Positions 12,504 through 25,376 are shown, counted from the first letter of the whole stretch. The stretch is 62,396 nt of DNA, filler included, from Rhabdomonas costata (GCA_019059605.1; 35 parts of 35 records of this genome joined end to end with filler, not necessarily neighbours in it); one strand, 5' to 3'. Numbers and translations: made by a program. The notes: generated by a model not told the origin, from the letters alone.

Positions 12504-14041
12504 GGGTTTTTGTGTCCCCAAAGAGGATGTTCTCCAGCTCCACCAGGTCGGCCTGGAACACACACACGTCGACGCGCTCGCGGAGTTGCCGGACCAGGGC
12601 CAGGCTGTCCCGCAGAGAGGTCGCCCGAGGCTGGCTCAGCGCCATCCCATACTTCATGAGATAGGCCACAATGACCTGGGGGGGGCGCGCAGGTGTGCAC
12701 GCAAACCCGTGAGGAGACCGTAAATGAAACAAAGTAAGGAAGAAAGTTGGTTCCGAATTACTAGTCGATAAAACGCCTAGTTTTTCTTCAAGGAAAACAA
12801 CGGCTGCTCATGAATGAATCATCCGCCATCTGTGCCGAGGAAAGAAACTCCTTTGCTCGGGGTAATTGCCCGCAGAGAAAGGCGGAAAGGAATCCAATTC
12901 ATATACCCCAAAGGAAAACGTTTTGAAAGAGAACCTTTTCGAAGCACGCCTGCGGTAATTTGTTTGTATGTACTTCACGTGCAACAGTGTTACCACAACA
13001 CTTGCCTTCGGCGGGATGTGGTGAGAATCAATTAGTCTTCTGACGTCCTCTGCTTCGAAGGACTTCGGGCTTAGTGCTGATGTTGTTGCGTGGGTGTGGC
13101 TTCTTTGACTTGGGGACAGTTGTATTTGCTTGATCGAGCGCGTATGCGCAAGGGGAAAACAGACTCTCTCACACGCGAAGGAAAGCGTGGAAGAAAAGGA
13201 AAGCTGCCTCTAACCTAAGACGCGCGCAACCAGGGTGAACACATTTTCGTCTGGAAAGGCCAGAAAGGGCAAAAATCTCGAAGCGCTGATCCATTTCAGT
13301 GAGAGAGTGAACCGCACCCGCACGCAAGCATACTGCAGGGGAGCGCGTGATTCCAGCGTCACAGTGCACCAGCACGGACTTGCCCTGCAGGCGGCGGCTG
13401 TGAATGAACTCCAGGGTGCGCATCACCCCAGGGTTGTCGAAGAGGCTGATGTACTCATCGGCGTTGTCCTCCAAAGGATATACGAAGTAATCCTGCAAAT
13501 GCCGTCCCCCCCATGACCCATAACCCTTGATCCGGACACACATACATTAAAGGGTGCAAGCACAGCACGGATTTCTGGCCTGTACAAAATTTTAACTGGA
13601 ACACACATAGGCTCGGGCCAACCTACCCACCAAACGTGCATACACAGTCTTGGGGTCAGCCTCCTCCTCCTCCTCCTCCATCTCTCTCTGGGTCCTTTTA
13701 CTTAAATGTGCTTTCAAGCCTGCGAGTCCGAGAGGTACGAATACTGCGAGGGGGTCGAGGGGGTCGTGACCTCAAGTGGTATCTTGTGTTTCTGTAGCAC
13801 AGCATCTATGTGAGCTGGCTGATTGGGTAACACGGAGACGATCGCGGTGATGCGGAACTGCGCCAGGATCTCATCCTCCTGAGAAAAGGCAGCAAGGGAA
13901 CCAGCTCGTCAGAATCCACGTTCAATGGGGGACCACGGGGGTGACTCAGCCATCGAATAGGGTGACGTTTCCGCACAAAATACGTCTCACTCCCGTACTC
14001 TCGTGGCTGGTTTGCCGGCTGAATGGGTTGAACTGGACAAT
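12504..14041 (-). CDS. Dual-specificity protein phosphatase, partial, 4 exons (14041-~13952, 13878-13771, 13492-13334, 12675-12504)
   Basis: Catalytic VLVHCDAGITRSPA|VIVAYLM, upstream ITAIVSV and PLEDNAD acid loop. The three downstream exons join in phase 0. Confidence 0.88.
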
Positions 14042-15761
14042 CTGGAAAATTGACCACAACATTGACGAGGGAAAGAAGCACAGCTTGTCACCGAGGCCAA
14101 CTACACATCTTTTCCTATTCATCTTCTCTGTAACATTCTTCTTTTCTTCTCCCCCCCCCCACACACACACATTCGGTCCCAACAACAANNNNNNNNNNNN
14201 NNNNNNNNNNNNNNNNNNNNNNNNNNNNNNNNTTAATTAATTAANNNNNNNNNNNNNNNNNNNNNNNNNNNNNNNNNNNNNNNNNNNNGTGTTGGGTGTG
14301 GTTGGTTTTGTGGGTGCCCGGCCCGGTGGGATGTCTTCCTTCAACCTTTTGCTGGTGGTTGTGTGAACCTGCTCGCGGAAGCAGCGTCCCTTGTGGTCTT
14401 ATTCACACGGATGCGTCTCCCCATCCGTGTGAATAAGCTGTCACTTTGGCAGCTCCACCCCTTTACAGGGCGTTCGCGGGCTGTCGCTGACCAATTTGTA
14501 ATAATCTGCCTTTCGTGGAAGTAGGAGCGGGCGTATGATGTCTCTGGATCCTCTTCGGTCTTTTCTCAACAGCCCGAAGACTAGCGTATATTTTGCCAGT
14601 GAAAGACCTGCTCCGCGCTTTCCACATCATTTTGCAGAGGCTCATGTGTGTCTGCACCTGTACCGGTTGCAAGTCCTCTTTGAGAGGACATGCCCTTGAC
14701 ACTGGGTTGGTTTGGCTGTTTATGCGGTGTGTTTTGCCAGCTTTCGCCGTCGATTTTTTTGACCGCGGAGCGTTCATTGCGGGGTCTGCTCCCATTCCCC
14801 TTCCATACTGTCTGTGCTCTTTTTCTGTGTGGTCCTTGACTTCACGATCACTTCTGTGTGTGTGCGTGTGTGAGTATGTGTGTTGTTTTTGTGTATGTGG
14901 TCCACTCTTGCTCCAGCTCATACTCCAGGTGTTTGTTGTTCATGCGTTCTTATCTTGTTCTTTGGATCCTCTCCTCTTTTTTCTCCCTAGCCTCTGTCTC
15001 ATTATTTTTTTCTTCTCTTCTCCCTTTTCGTTCGTGCTGTGGTCCTGTGTGCAAACTCAACCAAGTGCTTTCGAAGACTGTCATTTTCAGGCGTGGGTTC
15101 TTTCGGGGAAGCTCGTTTGAGAACAAGCTTCCAGCTACGTTACATTTGATCAGTCGCTCCACTCATGACACGTGCGTTCTCGCGTCTATCGCGAAATATA
15201 TCAGTCAGACAATGGACTATGGGGTGCGGGGATATTGGGCATTGCAATATTCCCTTATGTTGTTGTTTGTGTGGCAATGTGGATTGTAGGTCAGGGAAGG
15301 GAGGCCAGAAAGCGGAAGTTTTGATGCTCAGGGGAAAGTAATTTGCCCCTCCCCCCTTCAGCGGCGCTTCGCGGCTGAAGACGTCCTGGAAATGTACTTG
15401 CGGACATGTTCATTGCCTCCTAGCCTCCATCGCGTTCTAGCCCCCAACCCGTCTTCCATCGCCAGTTTCTGGATTCTCTAGAACGGCCTTCTGACCCCAT
15501 CACATCACGCACAGATCTGAACCTGCCGCAAATACAGAAACCAAGGGGACACAACCATCATATCCTCCCCATCGGATCGATCACGCACGTAGCCGCTTAG
15601 CCATAGTTTACTTTCAAAGATCGCACCTTCATCCAGAGACTCCGGATGTCTTCTTGCTATCCTTCATGTAGTCGGCTTCTCGCCGTTTGAAATATTACGA
15701 ATTCTCGCACATTCAGGCATTTCTTTTTCCCGTTTTTTCTTCACCTTCCCAATCCTTCCCA

Positions 15762-15975
15762 ATGCATTACACCGCTTCGGGTATCGCTGAATCCGGCGTG
15801 CTGTCCCCACGTCCCTGCTCCTCCAGGCGTTCCATCTCCACCCTTGGGGGAATCACACAAAACGGGTCCTCGCGCTGCCCCAAGCCGCTCAGGCGTCTGG
15901 CGTCGATCCGGGTGCTTCTGTTCGTGGCCTTCCTGCTGCTGATGACCGTGAGCGGGTTCCTGGGGTACTACCTGA
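15762..15975 (+). CDS. N-terminus of a membrane protein (first TM helix), truncated by contig end
   Basis: ATG follows a pyrimidine tract. Basic segment then hydrophobic IRVLLFVAFLLLMTVSGFLGYYL with GC3-rich codons. Confidence 0.45.
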
Positions 15976-17125
15976 NNNNNNNNNNNNNNNNNNNNNNNNN
16001 NNNNNNNNNNNNNNNNNNNTTAATTAATTAANNNNNNNNNNNNNNNNNNNNNNNNNNNNNNNNNNNNNNNNNNNNGGTTTGGTGTTCAAAGCGATATTAA
16101 ATGAATATGAGGCATTTATGAACATGGATTGCGGTGACCCTTCTTACCCATTCCGCTTCGTTGCATTGGCTCCATGTTTATAAATGCCTCATATTCATTT
16201 AATATCGCTTTGAACACCAGGATTCACCCACTTAGATGCACTGGTCTGTGACAAATAAACACAAACACTTTTCTTTACCTTAAGACATTTTTTTGGGAGA
16301 AAAAGAAGTCCTGCCGGATGTTATCACCCATCCGGATACGTACGAATAGCAAGTGGGGTTCACAAGAAACCTTTGGAAACGCTCTGTTGACCCCAAGGGT
16401 CATGTAACAGGCACTATGCAAGACCAGGATTTGACCGCAGCCAAAGCAGAATGAGGCATTTCCACTGGGTTTTTGTGTCTTGGAGTTCCTTCCCTGTGAA
16501 GCCACGGCTGTTGGAAACCGTGGCAAGCCACGATCATTGACCGTTTTCTGGATGCGGTGTGTTCATGGCGATATGAAGCAGGCCATTTTGTAGTTTCGTC
16601 CCGTCCGGATGCAAAGGATTGCAAAACAGTTCCCCGGACGACACAAATTTGCATCACCCATCTGGGTTCTCTTCAATGGAAATGTTTGGGACCTCACTCC
16701 TCCCCCCCCACTCTCTCTCTCGGCATCCCGCATTTTTGGCAGGTCCGGCCTTTTTTTTCTTCTTCTTCTACCGGTATTTTCCGTTTTTCGTATTTCCTGT
16801 TTTCATTTCTTTTAATTTTTATACAAAAACTGCGAAGTCGTTTCTTGCAATTGTTTTTCTTTCAGTCAATCTAAACTTATAAAAGTCGGCTCTGGAGTCT
16901 TCCCTCTTCCCCCAGCACCGAGGGCACGAGCAGGGAGGAGGAAAACGAAGAAATGCTGTCTTTAACCCAACAGCCAAGTCGAACTGAGGAAGATGCAAAT
17001 GAAGGGGGGGGACAAGGAAGCGTGGGGCGATGAAAACCAGACATATATGATGGGGCGCTCGTGAATTTGAATTAAGCATCGCGCAATTGAGCACTTGGGT
17101 TGGAAGAGGGGAGGGGATGCTTCAC

Positions 17126-17653
17126 CTGCAGTTTCTCCACCAGGTCCCACACAGCTGCATTGCCTTCACTCCTCGGGCTCAATACCTGAACAGAACAGAG
17201 CAGCAGCAGTTCTTTGAGAACCAGATGCCCGCGCATTACAAATTCCCAGCAAGCACCTCCTCTCCCTTCCTTCCCCTCCTATTTCCGAGAAGAACCAATA
17301 ATCTTTCCTCCCCGGCCTTTTTGCAAACCACGTCAGAAGTTAGGCTTGGCACGTACACGGACACACCAACAGATTACTAAGGTATGCGCGATAGGGTACA
17401 CGAATTGCCTCCATTACGGTGGCTATCCTTTCCCAGAGACATACCCGTGCACCCCCCCCCCTTCTCCCCATCCCTTCTCGTGCAGACACACCAAAGAGGA
17501 GTTGAGGTCCTCAGTTCCAAAAAGCCGCACCAGGGCCTCGGCAGGGGCCCGGCGCCCCACCCACATCGCCAGCCACCAGCTGGTGTCCAGCAGGTACACC
17601 CCCTCGGCGGTCATGCCCTCCACGGATACCGGGCTGACCCACTCCGGCTGGCC
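17126..17653 (-). CDS. SEC24: Sec24-like COPII coat protein, gelsolin-like C-terminal domain, 2 exons (17653-17492, 17185-17126)
   Basis: GQPEWVSPVSVEGMTAEGVYLLDTSWWLAMWVGRRAPAEALVRLFG matches the Sec23/Sec24 pattern S.E.L...GIYLLD....L.LWVG.......L..LFG. Phase-0 GT-AG intron. Confidence 0.7.
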
Positions 17654-20600
17654 CTACCCCATTCCAAACACATTAATATACAAAAAACTTACACGTACAT
17701 ACCCTCCCCCCTAGACCCCCCCTCGCGGTAGCCTCCTCCAACATGCACCGAAACCAACAAANNNNNNNNNNNNNNNNNNNNNNNNNNNNNNNNNNNNNNN
17801 NNNNNTTAATTAATTAANNNNNNNNNNNNNNNNNNNNNNNNNNNNNNNNNNNNNNNNNNNNGTTGGTGTGTTTGGGGTTTGTGTGTGTGTGGCGTCGGGC
17901 TCTCCGGCTCCGCGCTTGCTATAGCTGGGGGAGGGGCTCTTTAATTGAGGCGCGAACTGGGTATTGGGCAAAATGGGTGGTTTAGCTGGACTTCTCTTGA
18001 TGTGGCTTCTGCTGGTTGCTCGTTTTAAACTCCCGCTCGTTTCAAAGGCCTTTGATTTCGAGGGTTCCGCTGGGAGGTGTGGTCCTGGAGGTATTGCCTC
18101 TACCCATCCGTCCGCTTACGCCAACCCAAAAACGAGGCAGGAAAGAAACGGCACCAAAGCACAGCACAGGGAAAGTGAGAATGTTCAGATCTCAACCTTT
18201 TTAGCCCTGACTCGCCTATACCTCTCTTAGACTGGATCCGCTGATCTTTTTAGCTGTGACGTGTAAAACAGGTAAAAACAGATTTATGATCACAACCCGA
18301 AAACACCACGAAAACCACAGTATACCAAAATCAAACTCAACAAAAAAGCATCCCACGTCAGACGTCTGTTTCCAGACCTTTTTTCGAGATCCCTCTTCTA
18401 ATCTTTTGAAATCGGCGCTGGAGAACACCGACTTGTTCCTCCTGAGATTCACCTTGTCGATCCTCGCTTGCAAAAACACAACAAACTCAAATGCACATCG
18501 GCATCGAGTGGTTGTTTTAACTTTGCAAGAATTTATCTCCGCCATGTCTTTTATAATCATTTTAGCCTTCTGTTTAGCCACTGTCTTGCCTCAAGCCTTT
18601 TCCGTCTACTTGAATGCCTCTCTTCTTATATCTTGGTGCTCTTTACCTCCTCTCATCTCTGCTTGCCGTGCCTTCCTGTTTTTCGTCTTTTGCACTTTTC
18701 CCATTATTCCCATTGCCTCGCTTTCGGGGGCCAATAAAATATAAATAAAATATATATATAAAATATTGTATTTACAACGAACACTGGATCAGGGTGTTTT
18801 CTATTAACTCCGTATCATGGTTGCTTCCCGTTGGGGCCCGTGGCTACTAACGCGGGGGATCGCAAGAGCCACGCATCGGGAAGAGCCCGACACGCCGTCT
18901 TCCAATTTTAGCGTGCGGTATGGCAAATTTGGGGATTCGGCCTTGATCCGCGGGGAACGGGGGCACCAGAGAAGCGGACAAAAGTCAAAGGAAGGAACAG
19001 TAAGGAAGAACAAGATGATGAATAAGAAACGTCGTCCCCCTGGGGGGAGGCGTCTCGGGGTGAGGGGTCCGAAATTACGGGTCGAGTGAGTTGGGCGGAA
19101 CAAACTGCACACAGAGTTTGGACAACGGGGCTGGAACAGCGTGAAGGGCGAGCGCCCCGCCCGGGGACTCCGCCGGGCCGTTCATCAGACCCAACCCCCA
19201 TCCCAGACGCAGTAGGTTCTACGCGACCGACAGGCCACACAAAACTTCCCCTCAGCTAATGACGCCGCACGCCTGAACCCGCGGTTCCCACCCCGCTCGC
19301 ACCAGAGGACTCATCCCAGGCGCGCAGGCACCAGCCTGCGTTCCCCCCCTCCAGCACAATTCTCGGGCTGCCACACGGTCCCCAAGAAAGCACACGGCTC
19401 CCGGTGTCTGTGTACATAACATTTGGAATCCACAAGATAGTCCACGATAGTCCACAAGAAAGAGGAGCTGAACGGCAAGCAATACGTTTTATTTTCGAAG
19501 CTCCCGCGTTGAACGTTCTCCAACTTGTGCTATCTGAACCCACAAAANNNNNNNNNNNNNNNNNNNNNNNNNNNNNNNNNNNNNNNNNNNNTTAATTAAT
19601 TAANNNNNNNNNNNNNNNNNNNNNNNNNNNNNNNNNNNNNNNNNNNNGGGTGGGGTGGGCTCTGCACTGCTTGGAGCCTTCAAGTGCGCTCAAAGGATCA
19701 TCTGGATCGTTCAACATTTCATACAAAAAGGACAAAGAAAAAAGAAAGTCAGGGCACTGAATTCGAAGGCACATAAAAAATGACCAGTTAAGCAATGACC
19801 TCTGATTTAATCGTTATGGAGCATTACCGATGAATCCGTTTTCGTGAGAACCCTTCACACTTGGCATGTGGACCTCGTTGCAAGGGCTATAAAACTGGTC
19901 ATTTTGGCTGAAAAATCGGCCTTCTGCGGGAAATCGGTCGTTGCGAGCCTCCAAAGCGTGTTTTTCGTGCCCCGACAATGGAGGGAGAGGTCACCTTTTT
20001 TGGACTCGACCCCTACTTCGTTTTGGAATCGAAAAAACACGATTTAGCAACAGATTCACCTCTCATATCACTAACACCACCATAAGCATAACTTCACTAA
20101 CATAATAATAATAAACATAAAACACAACAATAAACAAATAATAATAAACATAACATCACTAACACCACAACATAGGATACCACCATGAGACTTAGCGCTG
20201 GGTTGGCACTGGCTGAGATGGCATAAACACCCACCAGGGGCACACACCGCTTTGACACGGATGTCAAGGTGAGATCGCAGCCACCAGCAGCATCTTCTCT
20301 TCTTCCTATTCGTCTTCTCTTCACACTGGCATTCTTACAGTTCAGGTGTTTTGGGGATAAAAATATTTTGCAAAGTTGACGGGCCCCAAAACCCAAACTT
20401 TTTTGTGAGTGGGTGCGTGGTTCGATAAATTTAAATCGGAACTAGTGTTAAAAAATAAATTTAAATCGTCGAATTTTTGCTTGGGACCTTTTCCATCAGA
20501 GGCCCACTCATATTAACATGGGGCTTGAAAAGACGTACGGAGTCTGAAACGTTGACTACCTTGCATGACCAAGCGCTACTTTACGGGGAAAGAGATATAC

Positions 20601-21581
20601 AAACGCACTGGCATTTTGCTATTCGTGTATGTTTCACCCTCAACTTAATACGTTTGTACCGTATAGCAAATCCTGTCCTTTCCAACATCGTCTCGTGCAA
20701 GCGGAGGATTTTCTCAATCTCAATCGATGCAGTAACACTAAGAACGAAAGTGATGTTCAGCACCGCCCAAGCAGAAATACCGCCGAATAATACGGAAATA
20801 TGAATCTCACTTCTGCCGTACTGGAAACAATCTCAAGAATAATTGCACGATAGATCCACATCGGAATATTCCTGTCAGCATGAAACGACCAAGCATGGCA
20901 GGGAGAGCGGGGGGGGGGGCAGAGTCATTCCAAGATGACGCGGGCCCACACCCGTCCTGCCTAGCAGCTGCATTCAAACACACCAAAGGACGGGAAAAGG
21001 GCAGAAAACAGGAAAATGGTTAAAAACCTGCTGCTGAGGAACATCAGAGTCAGTGCCTCCGAGAGGCATTCGAAACTCCAAGAATCTGAAGCCCCCAATA
21101 GAAATGATGATGAGTCCACTGCCCTCACAAGCTCTGATGAAGCACACCGTGGGCTCGCGAAAGCGCAGACAAAAGACCACATAAAAACGGCAAGCACAGA
21201 ACGAATCGCTTCTGCAGCCACAACCATGTGATTCGGAGCTCTAGTGAGATGTTGATGCGCACTGTCGTGAAAAAGTGTTGGGCGAACTCTGCCTGCCTGT
21301 GCAACAATACCACAACCCCAAACACACCCACACNNNNNNNNNNNNNNNNNNNNNNNNNNNNNNNNNNNNNNNNNNNNTTAATTAATTAANNNNNNNNNNN
21401 NNNNNNNNNNNNNNNNNNNNNNNNNNNNNNNNNTTTTTGTGGGTTCAGCTACTCCGTGATTCTGTGATTCTGATGGACCTGGCACCCGTGGGGCAAAACA
21501 CTGGAGTGAAAAAATCAGAAAGTCAGATAAGTAATTTGACGGTTGACACAACGGTGGGGCGAATGTCCTTTATTGTCACAC

Positions 21582-22437
21582 CTGCACATTGTCCGCAGAG
21601 GATGCAGTCGGTGTGGGCCAACAGCTCCCCGTTCTGGGTGGTGGCATACTGGAAACCCTGGTCCTCCATGCTGGTCTCCAGAATGTGCATCCCTTGCTGG
21701 TCCGAGCACGCCCTCACACACCTGGTGCAAGCGACGCAGAGGTTGTTGTCTCGAATGAGGGAGTTCGAGCTCTCGTCAACGAGCGACCGCTTCTCCCAGC
21801 TGTTGAGGCGATCCAGGTCCTCCGTGATCCCCACTGGCACCACACCATACTGGCCCAGAGGAGCCATGACCTGCTTCAACGCCAGCTCGGCCTTCCCCCT
21901 CACGACCAACGAGTTCGTGGTCACGTGCATCTGGGGCGTGACCTTAGAGCAGCAGGCCAACTTGTACATCGACGTTCCACCTTCAGTCACGTGCACAGAG
22001 CAGACGCGGCATTTCCCAGCGGGCCTGAGAAGAAACAAATTATCACTGCGGCACCACACAGACGAACAAGCACACGGAAAGACAAGAACATCAAACACAC
22101 TTCAGCCGCGGATGGTGGCAAACGGTGGGAACAAAAATTCCGGCCTGACGGGCGGCGTCAAAGATCGTGCTCTGCGGTTCAGCAAAAACTTGCTTGTTGT
22201 CGATGAACACTTCGACCCGGGAAGTAACCGCCTTGGCGAGTTGCTCAACCTGCATTTGAGAGAATTTATGTGTGTGTGACCCAAATGCACCCCAAGGGGG
22301 GCTACACACACCGATGTTGAATGTTTGTTGTTTGTTTGTTGTTGTTGAACGGCCTGCTGATGAAAGACCTGTGTGATCCTTGAGTTCTTTGCAATGCACA
22401 CACCGAGGAGTGCTTTACCGCTACCGGGCCGGGTGTA
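21582..22437 (-). CDS. [FeFe]-hydrogenase-type (or NuoG/FdhA-type) N-terminal Fe-S relay, spliced, partial (exons ~22437-22369, 22249-22101, 22024-21582)
   Basis: VEVFIDNKQVFAEPQSTIFDAARQAGIFVPTVCHHPRLK|PAGKCRVCSV...LACC is a [2Fe-2S] domain. DESSNSLIRDNNLCVACTRCVRAC...DCILCGQCA is a 2x[4Fe-4S] domain. A 76-nt GT-AG intron (22100-22025) restores the frame. The H-cluster lies beyond the contig end, so it is not seen. Confidence 0.8.
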
Positions 22438-23385
22438 CTGCAACAGAATAAGTATTCTGCCCTGTATCTAATAAAACTTGAAACTGAAGTTTACACGTAT
22501 CTGCATCTTGAAATTCTTCACCGTCACCTACTTCTTGCTCACAATGTTCTCCTTTCGGGTTTCGGTACCTCAACCCACCGCCTGGGGCCAACTCCTGTCC
22601 CCGCGTCTGCTGCGGATATTCTGGCGGTGATTCCCTTTTGGCGTGCATGGCTATCCAATCAACCCCTCCCCTTTGGTTAGTTTTGGTCTCCCTTGCAGGT
22701 GGTCTTACCGTCCCCTTTTCGTATACACTGACAGTGGACATTCGGCAACTGTTTTTTCCAAACTAGAAGTATATACGTGGACGCTGGCCCCCTAAACGCC
22801 ACCTCTTGGGTGGGCAGTAAAAACCAAGCAGAGCTGTATGGGCTCTTTCATTGCCTAAGGCAGGCGCGTAAGTTCTCTCTACAGAATGAACCGCTGCGTA
22901 TTACGCACTTGCGAGGGAGTGGTCCGACTTCCTGTCGCCATCCCGCCTTTCTTCGCATTCTTCCACTCATATGGCGCACGACCCACTGTGAATCTCCATC
23001 GCCCTCACATCCTCCCATGGAAATGCTGTGGATGCGCTGTCCGGTTTGCACCAGCTCAAGCATCCCTTCCACCACACCCCGGTTTTGGCAACGTAACTCG
23101 TCTCACTCTCACAACACCCNNNNNNNNNNNNNNNNNNNNNNNNNNNNNNNNNNNNNNNNNNNNTTAATTAATTAANNNNNNNNNNNNNNNNNNNNNNNNN
23201 NNNNNNNNNNNNNNNNNNNGGGTTGTGGGTCTCTTCCAAATCGCCATTTGAATCCTTGTAAATTCAAGTTCCGTCCAAAACCTAGTGCTCCAAGTTCCGT
23301 TCAAAACCGTGTGATAACCTCCTGTCTGCCATTTTTGGTGTAATCCCACCCACACATGATGAGAGCAAGCGGCCTTTGTTTCCAG

Positions 23386-24106
23386 GAGGAGAAGTACAAA
23401 AACGTGGCTTTTGGGAGGTGTCCTCGAGTGATGTGCTCTGGTCACTCCGTCCTTCCCGTGGGGCAGTCCGACATTCTACGTGAAGCGAGTGTAAAGATCT
23501 TCTGCGGCAAGTGCAACGACATTTACTATCCGCGCTCCTCTCGGCACAAAAGTGCTGCGCCCGCCCACCGACTCACTTTCTTGCGCGGATGTTTACTTTT
23601 CGAACTTCGGCATTTTGGCAGTTGCTGACTTTCCACGAATCTGCACCTTTCGTCTTCACACGTACTCATTATAGGCAGGGACAGTTGCATGACGCGGTCG
23701 TTGGGCGCGTCGTGTGGAACGTCTACCCTCATAAATCAGAATGTGAGCTGGGCATCGGCCGACATCGGAAAACCAGATCAGCATGCAGCAAACGCACGTT
23801 CCAGTATTCAGACGGAAACTCTCAGGATTTTGGGCCGCTCTGCGCTCCACCGCTGAAGATTCTCTCCAGAGGACTACAGCAACTCCTGTAAGACCCGTAA
23901 GTTCGCCTCCAACCAGCCTGATAGATGCTTAATGTTTTCTATAATCATTGTTCCTCTTTTGCGTGTTCAACTGTTCATTCATTGAATTTTATATTCAGGT
24001 TTAGACGGCGCATTTTGGGGAACAACTTTTCCTCACCTCTTCCTCATGACCTTCCCGGAACATGTGGTCTCACGGTCCAAGTACATCTACGTGCCCAAAA
24101 TTTACG
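23386..24106 (+). CDS. CSNK2B: Casein kinase II regulatory (beta) subunit, 2 internal exons (23386-23551, 23999-24106)
   Basis: EKYKNVAFGRCPRVMCSGHSVLPVGQSD...VKIFCGKCNDIYYPRSSRHK|SLDGAFWGTTFPHLFLMTFPE...YVPKIYG: diagnostic zinc finger and DGAxxGT motif. Confidence 0.95.
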
Positions 24107-25235
24107 GTGCTTGTGTAAGGCTGTGGTGTACCATATCCGGTCCTTTTTCATGCAAAAGAAATGAGCTGTGCTATGAAACTTTTGTCTGGAGTGCATTCGG
24201 GAGACACAGCTGGAAGGGAGGCACAGAAAGAAAACCGCCATCAGGGAACGTGGGTGCGGCAGGGTCATGGCCGGGGTTGCTCGCCGGCCACCCTGGAACT
24301 GTTCTGCAAGCAGGTACACGCACCCAGAGTTGTGAAGTGCACGGGCGGGACGAAATTTCCGCCAAAGGTGATTGATTGGTCCGTTAGCCCGTTGCCCACA
24401 GGGCTGTCATGAATTCATCAAATTGATTGAATCGCGGTGATTAATTGTTCAGCCAGATCTGCCAGAAAAATGCGAATTTTCTTTATTATATTACTCTCTG
24501 TACTGGTCTGCTTCGGGGTGCATGTCAAGTGTTTTTCCAGAGTTCGCCGCAATAATTTATTGTGAACCTTTCTGAAAAATTAATCCAAAAATCATAAAAA
24601 AAAATCTTAAATTTTAGATTGCAGTTTAGGGTTCTTTTTGTGAAATAGAGGGCTTCCCTTGCTTGGCTGATTGGATGCACCTTGACAGTGAGCGCTAGCT
24701 TTCTTGTTCCTGCAGAGGAAGGGAAGTTGGCGTTGACGGGGCGACGGCGGTTCTGGTTCCTCTCCACTCCCCCAGTCTGTCTTGACACTCGGCTTCTGCA
24801 AGGGGCAAGAAGCGGCAAAAAAAAGGGGATACGAAAGAGCCACTAAAACTGGTCGAGGGTGCAAGAATGGAAGCGCTGTGGACCTGACACAAAACCCACA
24901 AATCTNNNNNNNNNNNNNNNNNNNNNNNNNNNNNNNNNNNNNNNNNNNNTTAATTAATTAANNNNNNNNNNNNNNNNNNNNNNNNNNNNNNNNNNNNNNN
25001 NNNNNGGTTTTGTGGAGGGTGGGACGCGCCACTCTCAGGGGAAAGCAAAAAAGGGAAACTAATCCAAGAAGATTTCGCTACTTTTTAACACTATATTAGG
25101 TGTTTAAGTACAATACCTTTAAAATGCAGAACCAATGTGCGCAAGTTTTCCATCAGTTGAAACATGGAAAAGCTCATCCGTGGCGCCATTTACAGGACAA
25201 GTAGAGGCGCTGAGCGCCGGCGGCTGAGGGGTCCC

Positions 25236-25270
25236 GAAACGAAACGAAACGAAACGAAACAAAACAAAAC
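25236..25270 (+). repeat. (CGAAA)n/(CAAAA)n pentanucleotide microsatellite
   Basis: cgaaacgaaacgaaacgaaacgaaacaaaacaaaac, with a partial inverted copy (tttcgtttcg) ~50 bp downstream. Confidence 0.8.
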
Positions 25271-25376
25271 GAGGTCAAACTGAGGACACTGCTTGCTTCT
25301 TCGCACCTCGGTTCATTTCGTTTCGAGAATAATCCTGCCCCCCGAAACTCTCTTTCCTCCCCCTAAAAGAAAGAGC

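Noticed and set aside
14289-14310. G/T-only tracts at contig starts and A/C-only tracts at contig ends (e.g. GTGTTGGGTGTGGTTGG; CCCAAACACACCCACAC at ~21317), resembling telomeres of gene-sized chromosomes
   Set aside because: They have no fixed repeat unit, cut through exons, and resemble G/T-degenerate WGA primer/adaptor sequence. The uniform contig length reflects size sorting.
16080-16219. ~49-bp inverted repeat
   Set aside because: Same contig-start fold-back pattern.
20067-20175. A/C-rich low-complexity tract bracketed by ATCACTAACACCAC repeats
   Set aside because: Simple-sequence expansion with no spacer structure or evidence of an array.
21437-22279. 280-aa plus-strand ORF (and similar long ORFs opposite the dynein and ankyrin exons)
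   Set aside because: These are antisense shadows of GC3-rich minus-strand exons.
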